Shown: positions 47,214 to 55,752 of the stretch, piece after piece
Layout: each line of letters begins with the position of its first letter
How positions within the stretch are numbered: position 1 is the first letter of the stretch
From: Candidatus Gastranaerophilales bacterium HUM_12
GTDB lineage: Bacteria; Cyanobacteriota; Vampirovibrionia; Gastranaerophilales; Gastranaerophilaceae
Assembly: GCA_002102825.1 (NCBI GenBank)
Contig: DABJ01000027.1
Location: 36,373-100,372, forward strand
Direction: 5' to 3'
Length of the DNA stretch: 64,000 bases
Position numbers and translations under genes: made by a program
Notes under the pieces: generated by a model
Told to the model about the DNA's origin: nothing
Database searches by the model: none
The model's input: the letters and a program-made list of their open reading frames with translations, nothing else

Positions 47214-48017
47214 TTATTCATAATATTTAGGTGCTAATTTCATTGTTTGGAAAAATTTCCAATCGTGAGCAGGAAAGACTTTTGCATCATATTTTTTAGC
47301 CAAACGTCTTACTTTTTCGATTGATTTTAAGAAACTTACACTATCATACATAAAACCGCTCATTTTTGCAGGTGGTCCAAAAATTTCTGATGTATAAACA
47401 CAATCTTGAGGAAGAATTATAGTTTGTCCTTCAAGATGAACAACAAGCCCTAAGAGATTTGGAGTATGACCGGCAAGACAAACTACTTCAACCCCTTTTG
47501 CAAGTTCAAAATCTTCATCAACCAAATGATATTGTTTTACGGGTGCTTCCAAATCTCCTTTTATATAACCGCCATGAGTTTCTCTATCAGGGTTCATGTG
47601 AACTTTTGCAAGTCCATATTTGTAATCTTCCCCAGGAACATAAACATCAGCGTGAGGGAATAAATTGATATTTCCTGCGTGGTCTAAGTGCATATGAGAA
47701 AGTACAACGGTTTTAATATCTTCCGGTTTAACACCGCAAAGTTTAAGTTGATTTTCCAATCTTTCTTCTTCTTTTTGATAAAGCGGATAAACTTCTTGCA
47801 TAGTTTTGGGCCAATAACCGTTCATGGCTTCAGGGTTTGAACCTGTGTCATATAAAATATAACCATCATCTGTTTCAATTAAATAAGCCATTACAGGCAG
47901 TTTAATCCATTCATTTTGAACATGCGGATTAGTGCGTGTTCCAAGTGTTGCACATGCAACAACGGTATTTTTATCGGTTTCTAAATACCCTGTATTTAGT
48001 GCATAAAGTTTCATCAT
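47214..48017 (-). CDS. metallo-beta-lactamase fold hydrolase, AiiA-like lactonase family
   Basis: SHMHLDHAGN (HxHxDH), later GHTPN, DxxY and terminal HD. Colinear from the N-terminal KLY..N.G to the C-terminus with AHL lactonase AiiA as I recall it. Confidence 0.7.
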   Translation of the reverse strand: MMKLYALNTGYLETDKNTVVACATLGTRTNPHVQNEWIKLPVMAYLIETDDGYILYDTGSNPEAMNGYWPKTMQEVYPLYQKEEERLENQLKLCGVKPEDIKTVVLSHMHLDHAGNINLFPHADVYVPGEDYKYGLAKVHMNPDRETHGGYIKGDLEAPVKQYHLVDEDFELAKGVEVVCLAGHTPNLLGLVVHLEGQTIILPQDCVYTSEIFGPPAKMSGFMYDSVSFLKSIEKVRRLAKKYDAKVFPAHDWKFFQTMKLAPKYYE

Positions 48018-49000
48018 TTCCCTTCTTTCTTAAATTTAACGGTGAATTTTGTTTCTATTTCCATTTCTGACGTAACTGAAATTTTACCGTTATAAGTCTC
48101 AATCAATGATTTAACAACAAAAAGTCCCGTTCCTCTAGAATTACTTTTTGTTGAAAATCCGTCTTTAAAAATTTTCTTCAAATTAGATTTTTTTATTCCG
48201 TTGCCATTATCGCTTACGACAATTTTTATTTCTTTTGGTGTTGATAAAATAGATACATATATTTTTTTGTTGGAAACATCTGTTGAATTTAGTGAATCCA
48301 TCGCATTTTCGATTAAATTTCCAAGCACTGTTATAAAAACATCTGACGGAATTCTTGTATCGTTTTCTTCCAGTGAACTTGATGAATCCAATGCAAAATG
48401 GATGCCGAGTTCTGATGCTCTAGCAAATTTTCCAATCAAAAGAGCAGCAATAGATGGAATTTTAATTTGTTTAATAATGGTACTTATTATCTCTTTTTGT
48501 ACCATACTGACATTCATAATGTATTCAACTGCTTCATCGTATTTTTTCATTTGGATTAAGCCCAAAATTACATGCAATTTATTCACAAAATCATGGTTAT
48601 TAGCTCTCATTGATTCGACAAGATGTTTAACCCCGGTCAAATTTTCTGCAAGTTGTACGACCTCAGTTCTGTTTCTAAAAATAGCAAATGCTCCAACGAT
48701 TTCACCATTATCATAAATTGGCATTCTATCAGAAATTACGTAATCATTTTTTAATGATTTCATCTGCACATTGAATTCTTTTTTGCCTGTCGTTAAGAGT
48801 TCACCTAATCTTGATGCAGGATAAATCTCATTCAAATCTTTTCCGATAGGTTCACTTTCTGTTATATGCAGCATTGGAATTGCTGATTTGTTTATAAATA
48901 TAACTTTTTTGTTTTTATCAATCGCTAAGATGCCTTCCTCTAGTGCCATAAGGATATCTTCACGCAATTTAAACATTTCAAGTAATTTATTTTCATCCAT
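48014..49000 (-). CDS. soluble CitA/DcuS-family sensor histidine kinase (PAS + kinase core, no TM or periplasmic domain)
   Basis: PAS directly at the N-terminus, H box NNHDFVNKLHVILGLIQ, N box GNLIENAMDS, G1 DNGNGI, G2 GTGLFVV. No hydrophobic 20-mer anywhere. Confidence 0.85.
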   Translation of the reverse strand: MDENKLLEMFKLREDILMALEEGILAIDKNKKVIFINKSAIPMLHITESEPIGKDLNEIYPASRLGELLTTGKKEFNVQMKSLKNDYVISDRMPIYDNGEIVGAFAIFRNRTEVVQLAENLTGVKHLVESMRANNHDFVNKLHVILGLIQMKKYDEAVEYIMNVSMVQKEIISTIIKQIKIPSIAALLIGKFARASELGIHFALDSSSSLEENDTRIPSDVFITVLGNLIENAMDSLNSTDVSNKKIYVSILSTPKEIKIVVSDNGNGIKKSNLKKIFKDGFSTKSNSRGTGLFVVKSLIETYNGKISVTSEMEIETKFTVKFKKEGK

Positions 49001-49034
49001 AATTTTATTTTACCTTGAAATTACAACTTTGCTA

Positions 49035-50549
49035 TTAAATATTAGGAAATTTATACGCATCTTCAATATCAACAGGCATTTCCTTGTACTCACAAGTGTT
49101 TATAGCCTTATCAAGATAATCGTACAATTCCTGTTTAAATTTCGGATGTGCACAATTTTCGATAATTGTTTTGGCTCTTTCTATCGGGTCTAAACCTCTC
49201 AAATCTGCAACCCCTTGTTCTGTAATAAGTGCGTGGATTTCATGGATTGTATGGTCAACGTGACTAACAAGTGGGACAATACAAGAGATTTCTCCATTTT
49301 TTGCAGTAGATTTTGTGATAAAAATTGATAGTCCAGCATTTTCGCAATAATCGCCAGAACCGCCGACACCATTCATCAAACGACAACCGTTAATGTATGA
49401 AGAATTAGTGTTACCATAAATATCTGCCTCAATAACTGTGTTAATCGCAATTATACCAAGTCTTCTGATAACTTCGGGGTGGTTACTGATTTCTTGCGGT
49501 CTTAGTACAATTTTATCTTTATATTTTTCAAAGTTTTTAAAGAACTCATCAATCTTATCCCAAGAGATTGTCAAGGACGTACCCGATGCACATTTAACTT
49601 TTCCTGCCTCAATAAGGTCGAAAATTGAATTTTGCAAAACTTCTGAATATACTGTTAAATCTTCAAAATCAGAATCTTTCAAACATTCTAAAACTGCATT
49701 TGAAACACTGCCGACACCTGCCTGAATGGGAGGAAGCGGATTACACAATCTTTTATGTTCAACTTCATTTTTCAAAAAGTTAACCAAATTTTTAGCCATA
49801 GCATCAAATTCCGCATCAGATGGTACAACTTTCCTTCCATTATCAGGAATTGTGCTGTGAACAACAGCAACAACTTTATCAAAATCACATTTTATATAAG
49901 GTGTTCCAATTCTATCGTCAACTTTTGTAATTGGAATAGGTTTTGTATATGGAGGATTTTCAGGAGAATAAACATCATGAACCCCTTCTAAAGACGCTGG
50001 AACATAAGTGTTTACTTCAATTATAATTTTGTCCGCACATTCTGCATATATGTTAGAAGTACCAACAGAAGTTGTCGGAATAATATTTCCGTTTTCATCA
50101 ATCGCAGTTGCTTCAATTATTGCAACATCAACATGGTTTAAGAAATTTCTTTTTACCCAGACAGGCATCAAACCAAGCGGAACATCATGATAGCCGACTT
50201 TCCCGTCATTAATCGCATTTCTCAAATCTTTATTGGTTTGGTAAGGAATACGTTTTTTTAAAGCTCCTTTTCTTGCAAGTTCACCATCAAACTCATCTCC
50301 GAGAGAAGCTCCTGAATAAACTGTTAAATCAAGCTTTTCACCGTTATCTGCACGTTTGGCAAGCTCTCCTGCAATAACTTTAGGATAACCTGCAATCGTA
50401 AAACCACTAACACCAAGTGTCATATTAGGGTTTATAAACTTTGCAGCCTCAGCCGGTTCCATAACTTTAGTTAAATATCTTTTATCTCTAATCCTTTTTT
50501 CAAATTCTTTGTCCACAGTCTTTACCTCACTTACTCTTTCATTTACCAA
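49035..50549 (-). CDS. cat1: acetyl-CoA hydrolase/transferase family enzyme, Cat1-type succinyl-CoA:acetate CoA-transferase
   Basis: GVSGFTIAGYPK, RPQEISNHPEVIRRLG, MNGVGGSGDY and VSHVDHT.HE...TEQGVADLRGL are colinear with Clostridium kluyveri Cat1 as I recall it. Confidence 0.8.
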   Translation of the reverse strand: MVNERVSEVKTVDKEFEKRIRDKRYLTKVMEPAEAAKFINPNMTLGVSGFTIAGYPKVIAGELAKRADNGEKLDLTVYSGASLGDEFDGELARKGALKKRIPYQTNKDLRNAINDGKVGYHDVPLGLMPVWVKRNFLNHVDVAIIEATAIDENGNIIPTTSVGTSNIYAECADKIIIEVNTYVPASLEGVHDVYSPENPPYTKPIPITKVDDRIGTPYIKCDFDKVVAVVHSTIPDNGRKVVPSDAEFDAMAKNLVNFLKNEVEHKRLCNPLPPIQAGVGSVSNAVLECLKDSDFEDLTVYSEVLQNSIFDLIEAGKVKCASGTSLTISWDKIDEFFKNFEKYKDKIVLRPQEISNHPEVIRRLGIIAINTVIEADIYGNTNSSYINGCRLMNGVGGSGDYCENAGLSIFITKSTAKNGEISCIVPLVSHVDHTIHEIHALITEQGVADLRGLDPIERAKTIIENCAHPKFKQELYDYLDKAINTCEYKEMPVDIEDAYKFPNI

Positions 50550-50727
50550 TAATTTATCATATTGATAAAATTTGTATGTACTAACGAAATTAAAAAAAGA
50601 GTTTGGAAAGTAAAGAAAGTTTTAAATAACGCAAAAAAATTTTTATACTTACAAAAGAATGTACAAAATTGAATTACAAAACTAACATATTGCTATAGGT
50701 TGAAATTGTAAGAAAGGAAATATAAAA

Positions 50728-52113
50728 ATGGAAAACGAAATTAGTGCAGAAGAATTGATTAATTCGTTAGTTGAAAAAGCTCATAAAGCTCAACAAGAAT
50801 TTGAATCATTTTCTCAAGAACAAACAGATGCTATTGTTAAAGAAATTGGTAAAGTCGTTTATGATAGAGCTGAAGAATTAGCCAGAATGACAGTTGATGA
50901 AACTAAAATGGGTGTTTATGAAGACAAGGTTGCAAAATGCCACGGTAAATCAAAATGTATTTGGAACAGTTTGAAAGGCAAAAAATCAGTAGGGATTATT
51001 GAAGAAAATAAAGAAACAGGAATTATTAAAGTTGCAAAAGCAAAAGGTGTAGTTGGTGCAGTAACCCCTGTAACAAATCCTGTTGTAACTCCAATGTGTA
51101 ATATTATGTTTGCTATTAAAGGTCAAAACGCAATTATTATTGCTCCGCACCCAAGAGCAGAACATGTAAACAAATACGTTGTAGATCTGTTTAGAGAAAT
51201 TTTGAAAAAACACAACGCTCCTGTTGATTTAATTCAAACAATCGAAAAATCATCAATTGATGCTACAAATGAATTAATGAAAAAAGTTGATGTAGTTGTA
51301 GCAACAGGCGGTGGCGGTATGGTTAAAGCTGCTTATTCATCAGGTCACCCTGCATTAGGTGTTGGTCCTGGTAACGTTCAAGTTATTATGGATAGAGGAA
51401 TTGACTACGAAGATGCCGTTAAGAAAATTATCATCGGCAGAACTTTTGATAATGGTATCATTTGTTCAGGTGAACAAGCCGTATTCATTCCAAAAGAAGA
51501 TTTTAATAAAGTTCTTGACTTGTTTAGAAAAAACGGCGTATTTGTTGTTGAAGATGAAGCATCAATTAAGAAATTTGCTGATACAATCTTCCCTGAAAAC
51601 GGTCCAATCAATAGAAAAATTGTTGGTCAATCTGTTCAAACAATTGCAAAACTTGCTGATGTTGAAGTTCCGGAAGGTACAAGAATGATTTTGATTAAGG
51701 CAAGGGCAATCGGTAAAGGCAACGGCGAACCTTTATGTCGTGAAAAAATGTGTCCTGTAATGATTACTGCTCCTTACGATACATTTGAAGATGCTATTAA
51801 ACTTGCTCAATCAGATTTGGAATACGAAGGAAAAGGTCATACAGCATCAATTCATTCAAATGATATGGAACATGTTCGTTATGCAGGTGAAAATTTGACG
51901 GTAAGTCGTTTAATTGTTAACCAATCCTCATCAACAGGTGCAGGCGGCAGTTTGTATAATGGCTTTGCTCCAACTACAACATTAGGTTGTGGATCTTGGG
52001 GTAACAACAGTATTTCAGAAAACTTGAATTACACTCACTTAATTAACGTTTCTCAAATCGGACTTTATAATAAGGATAAAAAAGTTCCGACAGATGAAGA
52101 AATTTGGGCTTAA
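50728..52113 (+). CDS. sucD: CoA-acylating succinate-semialdehyde dehydrogenase (SucD-type)
   Basis: MGVYEDKVAKCH, TNPVVTPMCN, FDNGIICSGEQ (catalytic Cys) and TTTLGCGSWGNNSISENL are colinear with C. kluyveri SucD. Confidence 0.8.
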   Translation: MENEISAEELINSLVEKAHKAQQEFESFSQEQTDAIVKEIGKVVYDRAEELARMTVDETKMGVYEDKVAKCHGKSKCIWNSLKGKKSVGIIEENKETGIIKVAKAKGVVGAVTPVTNPVVTPMCNIMFAIKGQNAIIIAPHPRAEHVNKYVVDLFREILKKHNAPVDLIQTIEKSSIDATNELMKKVDVVVATGGGGMVKAAYSSGHPALGVGPGNVQVIMDRGIDYEDAVKKIIIGRTFDNGIICSGEQAVFIPKEDFNKVLDLFRKNGVFVVEDEASIKKFADTIFPENGPINRKIVGQSVQTIAKLADVEVPEGTRMILIKARAIGKGNGEPLCREKMCPVMITAPYDTFEDAIKLAQSDLEYEGKGHTASIHSNDMEHVRYAGENLTVSRLIVNQSSSTGAGGSLYNGFAPTTTLGCGSWGNNSISENLNYTHLINVSQIGLYNKDKKVPTDEEIWA

Positions 52114-52185
52114 ATTTGTTGTTATAATAAATTCCGGATTGCATAATGTAGTCCGGAATTCTCCTAAAAGAAAGGATTTTTAATC

Positions 52186-53301
52186 ATGAAACAGTTAATA
52201 TTAAAACCGGAATTGCATAAATTCCAAACTTGCAAAGAATTTGCAAAAGAATTTGAATTGGGGGAAGATGATTTAATTCTTACAAATGAATATATTTTTA
52301 ATCCATATTTCAAAGAATTAAATTTGCCTGTAAAAACAATTTTCCAAGAAAAATTCGGTGCAGGTGAACCAACAGATATTATGGTTGATGCAATTATTAA
52401 TGAAGCTGCAAAACATACTTTCAAAAGAATAATTGCAATCGGCGGTGGTACAATCATTGATATAGCAAAAGTTTTGGCAGTAACAAACGGAGAATCTGTC
52501 GATAAATTATACGACAAAAAAAATGAATTAAAGAAACATTATGAACTAATTATTATCCCTACAACTTGTGGTACAGGCAGTGAAGTTACAAATATTTCAA
52601 TCATCAACAGAACAAGATTGGGTGTAAAAATGGGATTGACTTCGCCTGAAATGTTTGCAGAAATGGCAGTTCTAATTCCTGAACTTTTGAGATCATTACC
52701 GTTTAAAGTTTTTGCAACAAGTTCAATTGACGCTTTGGTACATTCTGTTGAATCAAGTTTATCTCCAAAAGCAACCGATTATTCCAAATTATTTGGTTAT
52801 AAAGCTATTGAAATGATTATCACAAGCTATCAAAGACTTGTTAAAGAAGGTAAAGAAATTTTGCCTGATTTGATGGATACATTCTTGACGGCAAGCAACT
52901 TTGCTGGTATTGCGTTTGAAACAGCAGGTTGTGCAGCGGTTCACGCATTGAGTTATCCATTGGGTGCAAAATATCACGTTCCACATGGAGAAAGCAATTA
53001 TGCCGTATTTACTGGTGTTTTGAAAAATTATATGGAAATTAAACAAGATGGCGAAATCGCAACAATGAATGAATTTTTAGCAAACCTTCTTCATTGCGAT
53101 GTAAAAGTAGTTTATGAAGAACTAGAAAACTTGTTGAATTCTGTATTGCAAAAGAAACCTTTGCACGAATACGGTGTAACTGAAAAGGATGCAGAAGATT
53201 TCGCTGAAAGCGTAATTAAAACTCAAGGGCGTTTGATGGCAAATAATTTTGTTGTATTAGATTATGATAGAGTATTAAAAATTTATAAGGAGTTGCTATG
53301 A
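52186..53301 (+). CDS. 4hbD: 4-hydroxybutyrate dehydrogenase (iron-containing alcohol dehydrogenase family)
   Basis: 371 aa; IAIGGGTIIDIAKV, HSVES and HALSYPLGAKYHVPHGESN metal-site blocks. N-terminus colinear with C. kluyveri 4HbD; lies directly downstream of sucD. Confidence 0.75.
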   Translation: MKQLILKPELHKFQTCKEFAKEFELGEDDLILTNEYIFNPYFKELNLPVKTIFQEKFGAGEPTDIMVDAIINEAAKHTFKRIIAIGGGTIIDIAKVLAVTNGESVDKLYDKKNELKKHYELIIIPTTCGTGSEVTNISIINRTRLGVKMGLTSPEMFAEMAVLIPELLRSLPFKVFATSSIDALVHSVESSLSPKATDYSKLFGYKAIEMIITSYQRLVKEGKEILPDLMDTFLTASNFAGIAFETAGCAAVHALSYPLGAKYHVPHGESNYAVFTGVLKNYMEIKQDGEIATMNEFLANLLHCDVKVVYEELENLLNSVLQKKPLHEYGVTEKDAEDFAESVIKTQGRLMANNFVVLDYDRVLKIYKELL

Positions 53302-53606
53302 GCTTATTAGAAGCCGGTATGATGGCAAGCTTTGGATTAAGTTGGCCGATTGCAGCATACAAAACTTATAAATGTAAATGCGTACATGGAAAAAGCCTTA
53401 CTTTTTCATATTTAATTCTATTTGGATATATTTGCGGAATTTTAAATAAACTTTTGCATAATAATGACTATGTAATTTGGATATATTACGCAAATGCAGC
53501 GTTTCTGTTGCTAGATATGTTTTTGTATTACAGATATAAAAATAATCCGGCTCCCAAAACTGCCGAACTTCCGATAGAAATAAACGAAGAAGTGGAAATT
53601 GATTAA
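53298..53606 (+). CDS. small 3-TM membrane protein, PQ-loop/SemiSWEET-like
   Basis: 102 aa with three hydrophobic helices and SWPIAAYKTYKCK at the position of the PQ motif. ATGA overlap with the 4hbD stop. Confidence 0.4.
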   Translation: MSLLEAGMMASFGLSWPIAAYKTYKCKCVHGKSLTFSYLILFGYICGILNKLLHNNDYVIWIYYANAAFLLLDMFLYYRYKNNPAPKTAELPIEINEEVEID

Positions 53607-53611
53607 CAAAA

Positions 53612-53640
53612 AACAGCATACTTAAAGTATGCTGTTTTTA
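53612..53640 (+). terminator. intrinsic terminator of the sucD-4hbD operon
   Basis: AACAGCATAC-TTAAA-GTATGCTGTT followed by TTTT. Confidence 0.85.
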
Positions 53641-53687
53641 TTGTATTAAATTTTTATTTTGTTGATATAGCAAAATATTCACAGGAA

Positions 53688-53728
53688 GCCACTGACACGA
53701 ATTTGCAGGTGTGCTTCAGTATCACATA
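53688..53728 (+). repeat. imperfect direct repeat, right copy (GCCACTGACACGAATTTGCAGGTGTGCTTCA...)
   Basis: Pairs with 46381-46424. Confidence 0.7.
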
Positions 53729-53911
53729 TTTAGTATTTTATAAATTTCAGTGAAATATAAAAACCTAGTTATTACTTGTTTATCAATGTTTATTAGGATA
53801 TTTTTCTTAAATATTCTATTTGTTTAAAAACTGACATATTAACCACATTCGTTATTTCTTTGTAAATTTTACTTACAAAAATTTCCAGCGTCTTCTGGCG
53901 GGTGGAGCCAT

Positions 53912-53938
53912 AAAGGAGATGTCTTTGACATCTCCTTT
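53912..53938 (+). terminator. orphan strong hairpin/terminator in an ORF-free spacer
   Basis: AAAGGAGATGTC-TTT-GACATCTCCTTT followed by a T-rich tract; no annotated plus-strand gene upstream. Confidence 0.5.
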
Positions 53939-53998
53939 ATTTTATTAATTTAGTCAAATGCTACATTAAAATTTTAGCTAAAAGACTTTTTTGTGGGG

Positions 53999-54211
53999 CT
54001 AAAATTTTAATAAGTCAGATATCGTTAAGTCAAAAGCTTTTGCAATTTGGTTTACTTTTGTCAGGGTAACATCGTTTTGTGCTGTTTCAATATTCCCAAG
54101 GGTTGAACGCTCAATATTTGCTCGGAATGCAAGTTCATCTTGAGTAAAACCGTTCTTTTTTCTTAGTTCTTTAATTCGTTTTGCTAATTTTTCTAACAAG
54201 CTCTTGTCCAT
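53999..54211 (-). CDS. XRE-family helix-turn-helix transcriptional regulator
   Basis: FTQDELAFRANIERSTLGNIETAQNDVTL HTH; start placed at the ATG at 54211 (MDKSLLEKLA...). Confidence 0.8.
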   Translation of the reverse strand: MDKSLLEKLAKRIKELRKKNGFTQDELAFRANIERSTLGNIETAQNDVTLTKVNQIAKAFDLTISDLLKF

Positions 54212-54276
54212 AACTAAATTGTCCGCTATAATGACAAAGGAAACAAACCGTAGTACGGACAAAGAAAGATAAAGTT

Positions 54277-54615
54277 ATGTTTGTAAAAAAGATACTAATT
54301 GATTTAGATGGGGTATTAAATGAATATGGTAAGGGCAATTTTGATGAAAACTTTATTCCGGATATAAAAGATGGCGCTTATGAATTTATTGAAAAACTTT
54401 CTCAATTTGCTGATCTATATCTGTTTACTACAAGAAATCTGATGCTTTCTACCAAGTGGTTAATGAAAAATAATTTAGATAAATTTTTTAAAGATGTTAC
54501 GAATATAAAAATCCCATCATATTTGTATATTGATGATAGGACTATTTGTTTTAAGGGGGATTATAAAAATACATTAGATGAAATTAGAAATTTTAAAGTT
54601 TACTGGAATAATTAA
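54277..54615 (+). CDS. small HAD-superfamily-like protein
   Basis: ILIDLDGVLNEY (DxDG motif I) and LFTTRN (motif II Thr); only 112 aa. Confidence 0.4.
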   Translation: MFVKKILIDLDGVLNEYGKGNFDENFIPDIKDGAYEFIEKLSQFADLYLFTTRNLMLSTKWLMKNNLDKFFKDVTNIKIPSYLYIDDRTICFKGDYKNTLDEIRNFKVYWNN

Positions 54616-54719
54616 TAATATATTCTTTTGTCCATTTTAAAATTCTTTTCATAAATGATAGCAAAATTTATTATTTAGCATTATTATAGTAATATTTTAT
54701 TTAGTCAAAGGAGAATAAT

Positions 54720-55349
54720 ATGAAAGTAAATAATGTACAAAATACTAGTGCTAATATAAATTTTAAAATGGCATTAAAAATAAATCCTAAATTACGTCCC
54801 GAAGTTGAAAAACTTGGTCCTAAATGGGTTGAATATTTTGAAAAATTGGGAAAAAGGGTTGAAAATGTAAAACATTATGATGTTTGTTTTGAAGATAGTG
54901 TTTATACCCCAGCGGTGAGATCAGTTGAGAATCCTCAAAAAAATTACTATTCAGCACTGCAACGTGAAGAAGACCAATTAGGTCGTTTTGTTTATTTAAC
55001 TTGTGGAGATGAAACTTATGGATTTTATAATCCCAATGAACCAGAGATATTTCGTTCAATCTATGGCAAGGAAGCTCCGAAGAAGTATGCCTCTTTTAGA
55101 GGAATATATGATTCTGGGGTTCAAGCTGCGGAATTATCTAAATTATTAGAAAAACAAAAACTTCAAAGAATTGCAGATATGAAAACTAAAGAGGCTGCCA
55201 AATTGCTAAAAGAGGCTCAAATACTAAGCGAAAAAGAGAAATTGAATAAATCAATAGATAATTTATTTGACAAATACGCAGGGGAGATTCCTGAAGAACC
55301 AACGAAAAAGAAATCTTTTTGGAGTAGACTTTTTAGTTTTTGTAAATAA
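54720..55349 (+). CDS. orphan protein with SANINFKM N-terminal tag
   Basis: 209-aa ORF after an AAAGGAG RBS; no family recognised. Confidence 0.55.
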   Translation: MKVNNVQNTSANINFKMALKINPKLRPEVEKLGPKWVEYFEKLGKRVENVKHYDVCFEDSVYTPAVRSVENPQKNYYSALQREEDQLGRFVYLTCGDETYGFYNPNEPEIFRSIYGKEAPKKYASFRGIYDSGVQAAELSKLLEKQKLQRIADMKTKEAAKLLKEAQILSEKEKLNKSIDNLFDKYAGEIPEEPTKKKSFWSRLFSFCK

Positions 55350-55446
55350 ATGTAACAAGATGTAATAAAAGATTAAAGTTTTTAGTGTTTTATTCCGTAT
55401 ATAGAAATATCAGTTAAAAATACTGACTTTTTAGTTCATTTGAATG

Positions 55447-55468
55447 GAAAGGGGCGAAGAGCCCCTTT
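55447..55468 (+). terminator. intrinsic terminator
   Basis: AAAGGGGC-GAAGA-GCCCCTTT followed by TCTT. Confidence 0.7.
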
Positions 55469-55752
55469 TCTTATTGTTATTTTTTGGGGCTCAGTTGTTC
55501 ATAGGATTGAGAAATAGAGCAACAAAGAGAGTTATTAGATACTTCGGTCACGTTATTCCCTCAGTATGACGGAATTATTAATTATCCCCGAGGTATGGAT
55601 TACGACACTAGCTACTTTTTTTTTAATTCCAATAACAAATGATTTTACACACATTCGTAATGACATGATAAATAAACCCAACCCTCTCCATTATTTTAAG
55701 GGAAATGGTGGAAAATGCAATAGACTATTTCATTTTTCCCAAAAAACAAAAA

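Noticed and set aside
48201-48716. 171-aa plus-strand ORF and similar long antisense ORFs (35207-35590, 52164-52517, 7446-7760, 10482-10811, 45276-45596)
   Set aside because: Each lies entirely antisense to or out of frame with a gene that has strong family motifs. Low-complexity hydrophobic translations of this kind are typical of shadow ORFs in AT-rich DNA.
43419-53709. Integron-like cassette array with attC sites
   Set aside because: - No IntI-type integrase or attI in the window.
- Cargo genes are in mixed orientations and include a 7-gene module.
- The repeats lack the RYYYAAC/GTTRRRY cores and the paired inverted-repeat architecture of attC.
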